Assembly (NCBI GenBank): GCA_043228905.1
Contig: JBHGNT010000022.1
Location: 10,044,001-10,108,000, forward strand
Reading direction: 5' to 3'
Origin: Azolla caroliniana
Taxonomy: Eukaryota > Plantae > Polypodiophyta
Length of the DNA: 64,000 nt
A model generated the notes under the pieces. That model made no database searches, was not told the DNA's origin, and saw nothing but the letters and a program-made list of their open reading frames with translations. The position numbers and the translations under genes are program-made. Of the stretch, positions 25,850-37,200 are shown piece by piece; the first letter of the stretch is position 1; the number at the start of each line of letters is the position of its first letter.

Positions 25850-28576
25850 AATTTGATTTACCTAACGTCTCGGCCTACGCGAGCAATGAATGGCTATATG
25901 TCCTGGACCTCCGCAATATAAGCACAGATGGTTTGCTCAATGTCGTTGCTTCTTCTCATGTTCTCTTATATCCTTCTTCCATCACTCTATCCTTTATTCT
26001 TGGTTCTGACAGTTTGATTCGAATTGATTTGAGAATCCATGTATGCCTTTATTTATAGGTTCCTATAGAAAAGCTTAGACATTTCTATAATGTTCGAGAA
26101 TGTTCTAGGACATTCTAGTACATTCTAGGATCTAGAGTTTTACAGTAATCAATGTAATACAAAAAGTAGCTTTTATTCTCTCATATGACAATAAGCTATC
26201 TTAATGGTTGAGGTTTTCAATTATGGATTACAAGGTTCGAGGTTCAAGTCCAGGTGATGCCATAATGGTCATGTGTTCATGACAACAACTCTTCAATGAC
26301 CGTACTCCTAAAGTTGAGTTTCCTAAAACTTCAACTAATGGATTACGAAGATCCAGAAGAATACAAGAGCAAAGGTGAACCTCTAACCACATTGTCAACA
26401 TGGCTCTGGTGGTGAGCCGACCTCGTTGGAGGAAGCCATGGCCGATCCAAAGTGGAAAGAGGCGATGGTATTAGAATACGATAGCATCATGAAAAATGAC
26501 ACGTGGGATTTGGTAGAGAGGCCAACAAAGAGGAAGGTGATAGGCACAAAGTGGCTGTGGAAAGTAAAGTATAAAGTTGATGGTTCTTTGGAGAAATTTA
26601 AGGCCAGGCTAGTAGCAGAAGGATACTCTCAAAGTGAAGGGTTCGATGTACAAGAAACATTTGCCCCAACAGCTCGCATGACAACAATTCGAATGGTTAT
26701 AGTGTTGGCTACTTCAAGAGGATGGACGATTTATCAAATAGATGTCAAATCGGAATTTCTGAATGGCCATCTCAAGGAGGAGGTATACGTGACACAACCA
26801 CCAGGGTTTGAGATGTCGAATTCAGAAAACAAAGGCTGCAAGCTAAACAAGGCGCTATATGGTCTAAAGCAAGCACCATGAGCTTGGAACAAGAGGATAG
26901 ACAACTTCTTACAATCAATTGACTGTAAGCAATGTGCTTCGGATGCAAGTATGTATGTCAAAATGAAGGATGGGGAACAATTCATCATCATCATTTACGT
27001 GGATGATCTAGTTCTTACTGGTGACCATTCATAGTGTATTGGTCAAACACAAGAGTGCTTGAAAACTGAGTTTGAAATGACAAACTTGGGGATTCTACAC
27101 TACTTCCTTGGAATTGAGGTTTGGCAAAACCTCAGTTGGCATCTTCATGTCACAAAGAAAGTATGCAACAAAGATCTTGGAGACCTTTGGGATGATGGAC
27201 AGCAAGTCAAAGTCGACTCTAATGGAGTCAAATTGTAAGTTATCCCAAGAAGACTCATCACCAATGGTTGACATAAGGAAGTATAGACAACTAGTAGGAA
27301 GTCTAATTTTCCTATACAACACTAGGCCAGATATTTGTTTTGCAGTCGATGTGGTGAGTCAATTCAGCAACAAGCGGAAGGAGACTCATTGGGAAGTTGC
27401 AGTACGTGTATTAAAGTACATTGTGGGTACTTCGAAATCTTCTACAAGCCAACAATTGACGAATTTCGTGGGTATTTCGACTCTGCCTGGGTTGGAGATA
27501 GTGATTCCAGAAAATCAGTTTCTGGATACTGTTTTTCAATAGGCATTGGAGTTGTTTCATGGAGTAGTAAAAAACAACCAACAATTGCACTATATTCAAC
27601 GGAGGCAGAATAAAAAGCAGTGTGCATAGTGGCATGCGAGGTAGTTTGACTAAGAAGAATCCTTATGGATGTGGTGGTTCTAATAAGGATGGCAATAGTA
27701 TTGAGGTGTGACAATCAGAGTTGCATGGCCATTGCCAAGAACCCTGTATTTCATGCACATACTAAAGACATAGAGATTCAGTATCACTATGTGCGGGAGC
27801 TAATACATGACAAGACTGCAAAGCTTGAGTATTGTTCGACATCAGAAAATGTTGCGGATATCTTCACAAAGGCGCTTGGAGCAGAACAGCTACAACAACA
27901 CCTTCGACGACTAGGAATTGGCCCAATTCCAAGTGAACTCAATGGGTTGACCATTGAGGGGGCGTGTTAGATATAATCAATGATCAGCCCCAAGTTGTAA
28001 ATCTATCCCCATATGTGCTCTTCGAGTGCACATTTTGTGACAGCGCCTCACATAAGGAGCATCTAGTGTGCAACTCAACCATATGGGGCGAGAAGGTCTT
28101 AATCTAGGATACCGTAGATGCGTAGGACACAATGGATTTGGGAAAGAACGAAATAGGTAATAGGATTGGCTAACCAAGTCAACTAGAATATTTTGTGGGC
28201 AAGTTACAATGTACTTAGTCTTCAAGTATGTGCCATTGACTTCATGATAAGTACTATCTAACACTAGCCTGTATCTAGGGAGTTGGGTCATATTAAATGA
28301 CAAGTCAGTTGATAGAAAAGGAATATCTACACTACTATCAACTGACTTGCACATTTAATGTTATACCTTTCTTACATAGTGGTTGTATTGATTATCAGTC
28401 CCCACTAATTTTGTAGTCAGTTGGCCCAAATCCCATCTAAGCTCTAAGGTCTGAGCGCATGGGTGAACTACCATTGTGAGCTACTCTCCTATGTAATATA
28501 AGTATTGTTTTCATATATCCATCTCTATGGTTGTAACTCTATATACCTATCTAATCGATCCTCAATATTTCTAATA

Positions 28577-28790
28577 ATGATGACATCAAAACCTTTGGAA
28601 GATGGACGATCAATGATGAAATCCAAATATATAGACTTCCACAGAGCATGATGAACTAGTAAGGGTTTGAGTAACCCATATGGTCGATGCCAAAGAGACA
28701 CTTGGACTGACAACATGCATCACAACTACGAATCTAGTTTTGTGAACTCCAAAATGCCCGACCATTACCATGTCATGGTAGTGAGCTTCA
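28577..28790 (-). mobile_element. Gypsy integrase remnant, right half
   Basis: HYHDMVMVGHFGVHKT and PYGLLKPL...WKSIYLDFI. Confidence 0.8.
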
Positions 28791-29009
28791 TACAAGTGTG
28801 CCTCCTTATTCTTCGAATACGAGCCTATACGAATGTCCGTATATGATGGTATGGAACGACGGTGGGGAACTTAGAGTTGTTTCTCACCTTCGCTAGAGGC
28901 TAGTGGAGTTGACTAGCACCTTTTCTTTCTTGTTTTCCCTATTTAATTTTTCTTAACATTAATTAAGATTCTAACACTATCACATAAAAAAGTTCAAAAT
29001 GTGACTTTT

Positions 29010-29240
29010 TAATATACTTTTCTTGATACAAATGGGAAATAAAAGTTTATAACCAAAAATGTTTTGTGATGCAATAAATCTTGAGTTTGTTGGTCAACCA
29101 AAAATTTCCTTATTTTACTTTTTAAGAGTCTATGACAATAATGATGAACTCAAGGTGTATAACAATATGCATGTTCATACTAGTATCAACATCTAAGATT
29201 TGATAGTGCATCACCATTAGTGTGTACGGTAGTTATTAAT
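29010..29240 (+). repeat. Old dispersed repeat, second copy in kinase intron 1 (about 39470-39730)
   Basis: Collinear shared blocks AATATACTTTT, GGAAATAAA.GTTTA, CCAAAATGTTTTGTGATGCA, GATGAA(C/T)TCAA, TGATAGTG. Confidence 0.7.
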
Positions 29241-29299
29241 GCTAAGTTGTGCCATTAACTCATATTGCTTTCTAAATCTAAATCATAAATGTTTTGTAT

Positions 29300-30500
29300 T
29301 TATTATCATGCCCCACAACCTTTTCATGCCTAAGAAACGTTGTTGTGGAGAAAGTGAATTCCGTCTCTAGAGAACAGTTGCAACTAGTTCCTTCCATGAC
29401 CTAGCAATTAATAGTTTCCTACCGATCTTCACAGAATAATGAGAAGAAAGGAACCTTTTTTATCTAATCTTAAAAGGCCACTTTCCATTAAAGTTCACTA
29501 GCATCTCAAGTTAATCAAGATACTAGTGTCCTTTCCATAATCCAAAACCTCAATAAAAGCCTCATCTTTTATTGATTCGGATCTAAGAGCCAGTTTGATT
29601 CCTCATTTGCTACCAACTTCACTTCTATCTACAAAAAGGAAAACAAAAAAGGTAGTTTCCATGCGTGTATAATTCAACCTACCATCATTATGTACATCAA
29701 AAGTCATAAAGGTTCTTTCCCAATATAGGCCCTTACTCTAATCAAAACATCCGATGGAGTAATGAAGTTTATCCACTTATGTATAGAAGGTCCAAATTGC
29801 ATCTGTACATTAGAAAAGATGGCTCGGATCAAAGGAAACATTGTCTTTTCTACCCTTATATTATTAAGCACGAAAATTGATTAACTAAATCCAGAGAAAT
29901 ATGCTTCCACGAATTATTAATAGATCAAGAAATTTTGTCTTCCCATTTTGAAGAAATTGCAATCTTGTTGTCTTCCACAAAACTCAATTGAATATGAGCT
30001 TCCAATCTCCACTAGTTTGGGATAGAACCTTTGTTTCCATGGTTTTGGTCCTAGTAACAATCCACTAATTACCAAGCTTTTGACTATTGTAATGGATCAA
30101 CAATTCCTAATCCTACCTAATACAACATCTTAAACTTTTCCCTTGCATGACTTCATTTCTTGCCCACAAATAATTCCTGATTAATCTTTGTAGTTGTCCC
30201 ATACATGATCTAGAAAATATACCAATGTCTAGACAAAAATACTTTGTTTACTACTACCACTTTGCCCATAAATGATAGTTTAGATTTATTCCAAAATTAC
30301 AATTTTTTCCTAATTGTAAATAACAAAGGAGCAACCATAATTTTAGTTGTTAATAATTTCCTAGCACCTAAATATCTAATTCTAATGCTTTCAAGAATCC
30401 ATGTAAAATCTGAATGTGGAGATTATTGTGGAGTAGAGTTAGATGCCACTAAAAAATCTACTAATTTATTCCTATTATTTTTAAAGGTTTGTTAAAGAAA
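29300..30500 (-). mobile_element. Highly degenerate LINE ORF2-like remnant
   Basis: Short minus-strand peptides SWKHISL and MQFGPSIHKWI resemble the L1 RT motifs WRPISL and MGFG...WI; no long ORF. Confidence 0.3.
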
Positions 30501-33253
30501 TGTAAATGGTAAAAGTCAAGGTGTAAGTGAAAGTGTAAAATTGGGAGAGGAAGGAAGATCATGACTTGGTAGAGTGATGGAATCCATTTCCCTCATTTTT
30601 AGGTGGTGATGGTTACGATAGGTAATTGTGGTGTAAACGGCCAGTGATGATAGCATACATAGGGACAACTATTATAGTGTTTATTGCAGCAATCGCTAGC
30701 TCAAGGAATCTCCTCAACTCGAGTTCAAAGCCTCGATCTTGAGATTTCCTCAACAGGTCAATGCCATCACATGTGGCATCGTAGGAAATTGTCCTCGAAT
30801 GCCAAGTGGCTCTCAAGAAAATTTCCTTGAATGCCAAATGACTCTATAAAAAAATCCCTCAATGCCAATGTGGTACTCAAGGAATGTTTCCTCCATGCTG
30901 TCATAGCACTAGAGGAAATTTCGTCAATGCTAACATGGCACATAAGGAATTAAATGTTTTCAAGGTTACAAATTTGTCCCTTCTTTTGTCAGACATTGGC
31001 TTCCGTTGGTATGGTAGGATCGACTCCTACCTCCGAAAAATCTTCAATTGCTCATAATTTTTTACTTAGTGGCCAAATTCACAATCCATAAAATCTGACA
31101 TAACCCTCACATTGATTTCTTCATGTTGATGTACCAATTATTCAGAGCCCTATCCCAGAATTGGTTTCTGTCGAAATTGCACAATTTTCGGGTATCTTTT
31201 TGTACCATTCTCAAGTTTTTGAGCTGAAAAATCTAGTGCAACCCTTATTAAATCACAAATATGTTATGAAGCTGCTATGACTCTTCTTAGTGCAACAACG
31301 GATCGTGATGTGGAGGATCGTTTAGGTTTCAAAGGAAGAGAGAAAGGAATTTTTATAAGGGGAAAGGAGACTCACCTCTGTAGCAGCCCAAAAACGTTTT
31401 ATTTCATTTCACAGTGAAAAACCTCTCTCGTCTATCTACTTACTTCTCTTCTTACTTCACTCTCCTACTCACTCTTACTTTTTACATAAGTATATAATTG
31501 ACTTACATATTCAACTAATTAGTTGTGAGTAGCTAAATAGTTGTTTTACCTATAATATATATGTCTAATAGTAGCTAATTTCCTAATAGCTACTATAGAA
31601 TATCTCAATTACCAATAAGCATCACATGCTTTTGTTGAGCTCGTTTCTTAACAAAATAGCATAGATAGGAGGTTTTCTAGAAATAACTTTAATAGAGATA
31701 TTAAGAGAACATGATACATCATAAGTTATGGGATCAATTCAGATGCAAAAACATCAAATTTGACTCCATTACATGAAGTGGCTTAAAGGAAAATATGTAT
31801 GAATAAGAGGAGCTTCAAGAGGAGGTCCTCAAGTTCCAGTTCAACTAACATACGAGTGACAGCTTTGGCGTCTTTTTTCATTGTCCATCTTGAACATGCT
31901 CTTGATTCACAATATTGTGGTTGAGTAGAGTTTCCGCAACTCTTCCACCTTGTTTAATATAAGCCCACATGTCAATGAACTCTTTTGTCCCTTTCATAGG
32001 CATCTCATGTTTCATCATGCAAATGAAAATAATATTACTTCTTTTAATATACACTTTCACTTATCTTCTTTGGGGACTTGGTGTGAGAAAATGTTGATTA
32101 CCATGTTTGTCCATACATATTCCCTTCATTTGATCTATTGAGGCTTACATAATGCCTTTGTTTATACATTCCATCAGTAAGTTCTTGCTAGTTGAACTAT
32201 ATGTTTTTGTTGTATTGGGCCTTATTGTGCCTCTTGTACTTCTTGTCATAGTTTTGGCCAATTTGTTACGAGCATGACCATATAATATCCTGTGGTAAGT
32301 TTTACTGTAGTATTTTATGCATGTGAACAGAATACTACGGTAAAACTTACCACGGGATATGCTCGTAACACTATCCCTCAACCTTTAATGTATCCTAAGT
32401 TTCATGCATTTCCTCTCATGAGTTCCCCACATCACGATAATGAGCAATGCCGACCCCAGAATGAATGCACATAACCGAGAAGCCCACGAAGACGACCAAC
32501 ACATGAAGGCCCACAAATGCACAAAAACAACTAGCCTATGAATGCCCACAAATGTGCAAAGGTCGCGAGTCCATGAAGTCTTGGAACCACAAACACTTTA
32601 AATGAGACAAAAGCCCAAAGCCCAAAGCTTGCAAGCACAAAGACCGTAAGCGTGTGAACACCCATGAACATGCAAAGTCGAGAGGTCACAAAGGCATGAA
32701 AGTATGAATCCTTCTCACAAGATGAAAGCATGAAGACCTTACAAGAGAGCAAATAATAAAGGTTGGGAGCACACTCAAGCCCCACATAGGTCATTGTTAC
32801 ACCGAGTTCACAGTTACATGAATGGCTACAAACACACAAAGGCTTTGCAAAAAAATAAGCACATAGGCCTTTTGCAAAGGCAAAGCATAAAAGGAGCACA
32901 AGAAGGTTTGTCCGACACTAGACACAAATAAGATTTGTCAAATCCTAAGCAACCCTCCATCTGTATCATGTCTTCCTTGGTGAATGCCCCAAATTGTCCA
33001 ACTTAAGTAGCATACGCATAAGTGATCATGCAAAACTATATTTGCATAACATTCAGAAGTTTAACAAAACAATTACTCTAGATGATTCCACTTTGGGACA
33101 AACTTTTCTCTAAGTATTGCAACTTGGTTAGTGCCTATATTTCTTTGTGAGAGCACATCACCTTAAGTTCTTATCACAATTCTAATGCAAGTGTTTATAA
33201 GTCTAAACACTACATGCATTGCAAACAAAGCATTCTTGAATGGGCCAAAAATA

Positions 33254-33379
33254 TTCCAATGACAAAATAGAGTACCCAATTTAGCTAATAAGTAAGCATG
33301 CTTCTTCACATATATACAAACATAATTTCGGTTATTTTCCAATGACAAAATATAGTACCCAATTTAGCTAATAAGTAAG
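33254..33379. repeat. 83-bp tandem duplication; second copy split by the MITE and resumes at 34042-34090
   Basis: AATGACAAAATA.AGTACCCAATTTAGCTAATAAGTAAG at 33258 and 33341. Confidence 0.9.
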
Positions 33380-34041
33380 TAGCAATGGGCCCGGTTTCGG
33401 CTCAAACCGAACCGAACCGTTAAATCGTGGCTTAACGGTTTATTGGTTCAAAAATAAATAAACCGTTTGGTTTGGTTTCAAATGTTATGATCCGGTTTGG
33501 TTTCGGTTCGGTTCGGTTTTGAATTTCATGGTTTAGCAGTTTTAGTTTTGTGGTTTGGTTTATAGGTTTATAGGTTTATAGGTTTATAGGTTTATAGGTT
33601 TATAGGTTAAAAAATATTCCTAAATTTTCATCTCTAGGCTAACTTTCAACTTTTAATTTTAAACCTCTAAGCTCTAAGTTATTAAATTTTATATACATTA
33701 TAAGTAGAGTGTCCCTTTGATGTATGATTATCAAATTTATATAAGTATGATGACCAAATTTATGAAAGGTATGATGACCAAATTTATAATAAGTGTGATA
33801 ACTAAATTTATGATAAGTATAATGACCAAATTTATGATGATTTTCTCACATAAATCCATAATATGTATGATAATCAATATCTCAAAAAAGTGATTTGGTT
33901 CGGTTTTGATTTTTGATAAACCAGTTTGGTTTGGTTCTAAAATTTCCGTAAACAGTTTGGTTTGGTTTTCATTATAAATAAATGGTTTGGTTTGGTTTGG
34001 TTTCAAGGCCAAGAAATCGAACCGAACCGGGCCCATTGCTA
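33380..34041. mobile_element. hAT-family MITE (662 bp)
   Basis: Perfect 17-bp TIR TAGCAATGGGCCCGGTT; 8-bp TSD TAAGTAAG; many AACCG/AACCA subterminal repeats; internal (GGTTTATA)6. Confidence 0.95.
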
Positions 34042-34233
34042 TAAGTAAGCATGCTTCATCACATATATACAAACATAATTTGGGTTATTTCACATCAGGA
34101 AAATCCATAGTTTTTCCATTGCAAGGTACAGACATGAAATTTTCTCGTCGCTTGCAAAAGGGAAATTTATTCAATGAATAAATAAAAAATACAATAAGAT
34201 AATAATCATTTGTCATTATGACTTTATATTAGT

Positions 34234-37200
34234 TCATCGAGCTTGCACTTCTGTTGAAGGGAAAAATTCTCTTGTTGTGGTAGGTGAAACTCCAACATAA
34301 CCAGATTCTAATCTTATGGCGTCCATCAATTCACTACAAACAATATTCATAGTAGGTCGTGTGCTCCCCTCATATTGGACACATGCCATTGCAATCTCTG
34401 CCACTTTCCATATAGATGATACATTGTACTCATTGCCAAGTCTTTTGTCGACAACTTTTTCTATTTCACCTTGCTCATAGTATGGTTTCACCTAAAGCAC
34501 TCAAAACCAAAATTACTTTTGTAATCTAAAACAAATGTTCCCTAAGCTCAAATATAATGGTATAAATGATGATTACCCATTGGGATATCTGAATGTCAGT
34601 ATTCCCTATTTTTGTGTCTCTTATTAAAGGAAGTTGACCACACATAGCTTCAAAGAGAACTACCCCAAAGCTATATACATCAACTTTTTCTGTCAATCTC
34701 AACGTCAATGCATACCTAGTTTAAAAGGACATTGAAAGAAGTCATGATTTTGAGTAAATAATTCGTTTTTTCACAAATTACATTCACGAGATAAACTTCA
34801 AGTTTTACTCCTCACATCAAAATCTACTGCAAATTGTTGTGCTAATTAACTTTACATGATTTAAAATGCTAACTTCTAAAAATTTGTATGCATAAATGGA
34901 ATAAATGAAAACTTACTCAGGATCCAAATATCCCATGCTTCCGATCAACCTTGTTGTGAAGTCGTCACCATTGGCTTGTAGCCTTGATATACCAAAATCA
35001 GACATTTTTCCCTCTAACCTTTTGGTTAACAAAATGTTACTACTCTTGACATCCCTGTGGATTATTAGAGAGTTGCATCCATTGTGTAGATAAGCAAGCC
35101 CTACAAGCAATATCTTTTAAGATGAGATTAGATACTTGAAAAGTTTCAAATATGTACCATAAAAGCACACATTCACTCATACATATACAATTGACCAAAT
35201 GTTAATTTGACTAAATTTTTTACCTTGACCAGCATCTAACAAAATTTGCAATCTCTCTCTCCACTTTAAGGACGTTGTCCGTGCTTTGCCTTCATTGTTT
35301 TTCATCAAACACATTTCAATGAATTATTATTTATACAAAACTATAATCAGTTAACACATCATGACTAATATAAAAAATAATGTTATGATCTCTTATTGTG
35401 TTACCTTATGTACATACTACATATGATGATGGCATATTTTAGAGGTGTTATGATACTTACCAAAAAGAGCATCAAAAAATGATCCCTCCGACATAAATTC
35501 ATAAACGAGCATCAAGTTATTGTCAATACAATATCCTACCAACTCCACAAGGTTCTTATGATGCACTCGAGATAGAAGAGTGACCTATAGTCAAAATGTT
35601 ATGAAAAAACAACAAATTAACAAGCTTTCACTAAGATTTCTACTATCTCTGTACAAGTCACGAATAAAAAATGAAGTAAATGTATAGAATGGTGTAGATG
35701 TGCATTTTATTGATCACTCCGAAAGAATATTGGAAAATCCATTTTTTCAAATACCTCATTGAGAAATTCTTCTACTCCCTGGTGTGATGCATTAGATAAA
35801 ACTTTAACTGCTACAACAACTCCATTCGTCAGAATGCCCTTATATACAATGCCAAAACCACCCTTACCGAGGATTGTTGTGAAATTGTTTGTCGCCATCA
35901 GAATGTCTTCAAAACTAAATCTTTGTGCAACATTTGTTGCTTCAAGTACTTTTGTATGGCTAACAACTATAAAAGATATGCAAGAAATATTAGCTCATTT
36001 TAAGAATTAGCACTAAAAGTAAATGAAATTCCAAATCATCTCTAGCAAAATGAGCATGTCTTGAAGAAATCATCTACATTCTTACGTATAAAAACTTTAT
36101 TAGCCACTATCTAAGGGATGACATTAGCATAATTGATTGTAGTAAGCCCTGATAGGTCATGTTTCAACCTTTTGACATAATTTTAAAGGTTAAGGTAAAT
36201 CCATTCAAGAATTAGCTCGTTTTCATAACTAATAACTAATACTTCCAAGGATTATCAATTTTGTTGTTACATGACACTTTCACATTATGAACTTGATTTA
36301 CGATAAATTGACCCTTTGAATTATGAAACCTTTCATGAAGAATGATGAGAACTCTGAATTGGTATTCATGTTCAACACGAGAATACCTTACAAATCACCG
36401 TGTGTGAGAAAAGATTATTTTGGTTACTGATATATTTTTCACCTAACCATTAAGAGAGCATATCTAATTGGATTTGATTTGGGGAATATGCACAAATGCA
36501 AATGAGTAATATGCATTATGGCTTCTTCAAAACTCCATGCAAATAGAGGTATTAACCAACCAATGTGGAAGTTAATCTAGCTAGACATGGTGCTAAAGGT
36601 GGGCAAATTTGGTGGCTAAGATGGAGCCTTTCATTGATGACAAACCATGATCTAGGAGATACACAAATATGTTTGCATGCCATGAAGATCATAATAAAAG
36701 TATAATTGACATCAAATTTGGGCCATGACTAGGATTTGAATTGGTAAAGATCCTAGTAGATGTTATCAAATCCTATCATATACATACAATTCAAATTTAA
36801 ACTTTTCTAGATTTAGGCTTTAAATGGGTACATCATATGGATTTATAGCAAAACATATATATAAATCACCTTGGACTAGATTAACTATTCATGTTTATTG
36901 GTAGAGACCTAAAGACATAGCCATTACCATGATCTAGGTAGTTTGTTTTAGTTGTACTTAGTTGTGTTGTCTTTTCATGACTTGTGGAGAGTTGAGGAGT
37001 TTGTCGCCTCTTCCACATGCAAATGCATGCAGATATTATCAAAATAAGTATGACTAAAACACCACACACTATTCCAATTATTAAAGGTGTGTGATTTTTT
37101 GTTTTTGATGAAACTGGTGTAGAGCTCGAGCAACTAGCATTGATTGCAAGGCACAAAAAGTTGTTTCCTTCATACCTACAAATTATGATATTAATGCTTA

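Larger units (their letters stand above)
22320..26284 (-). mobile_element. Internally deleted chromovirus (gypsy with chromodomain, Tcn1-like)
   Basis: TSD ACAAC on both sides; 3' LTR 22320-22738 with PPT GAAGGAGGGATAG. Integrase with GPF module and chromodomain EYEVTAIL...YLVD..GY..SDRTWEP; RNase H 25250-25570; gag knuckle CLYCGGPGHIAIHC near 25880-25930; partial 5' LTR 26013-26284. Confidence 0.93.
19208..28576 (+). mobile_element. Full-length degenerate Ty1/copia (612-bp LTRs 19208-19819 and 27965-28576) carrying nested elements
   Basis: PBS TGGTATCAGAG at 19820; gag CFYCDKKGHAIKDC, PR ILDSGAS, INT 21233-22144, RT 26426-27100 (YVDD), RH to 27970; PPT TTGAGGGGGCG; TSD AGGAT/ATGAT. Confidence 0.95.

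Noticed and set aside
28818-28829. 12-nt match (minus strand TATAGGCTCGTA) to recalled plant U3 snoRNA
   Set aside because: No U3 boxes or flanking similarity; too short.
33558-33608. Interstitial telomere repeat
   Set aside because: Unit is GGTTTATA (8-mer), not TTTAGGG, and is internal to the MITE.
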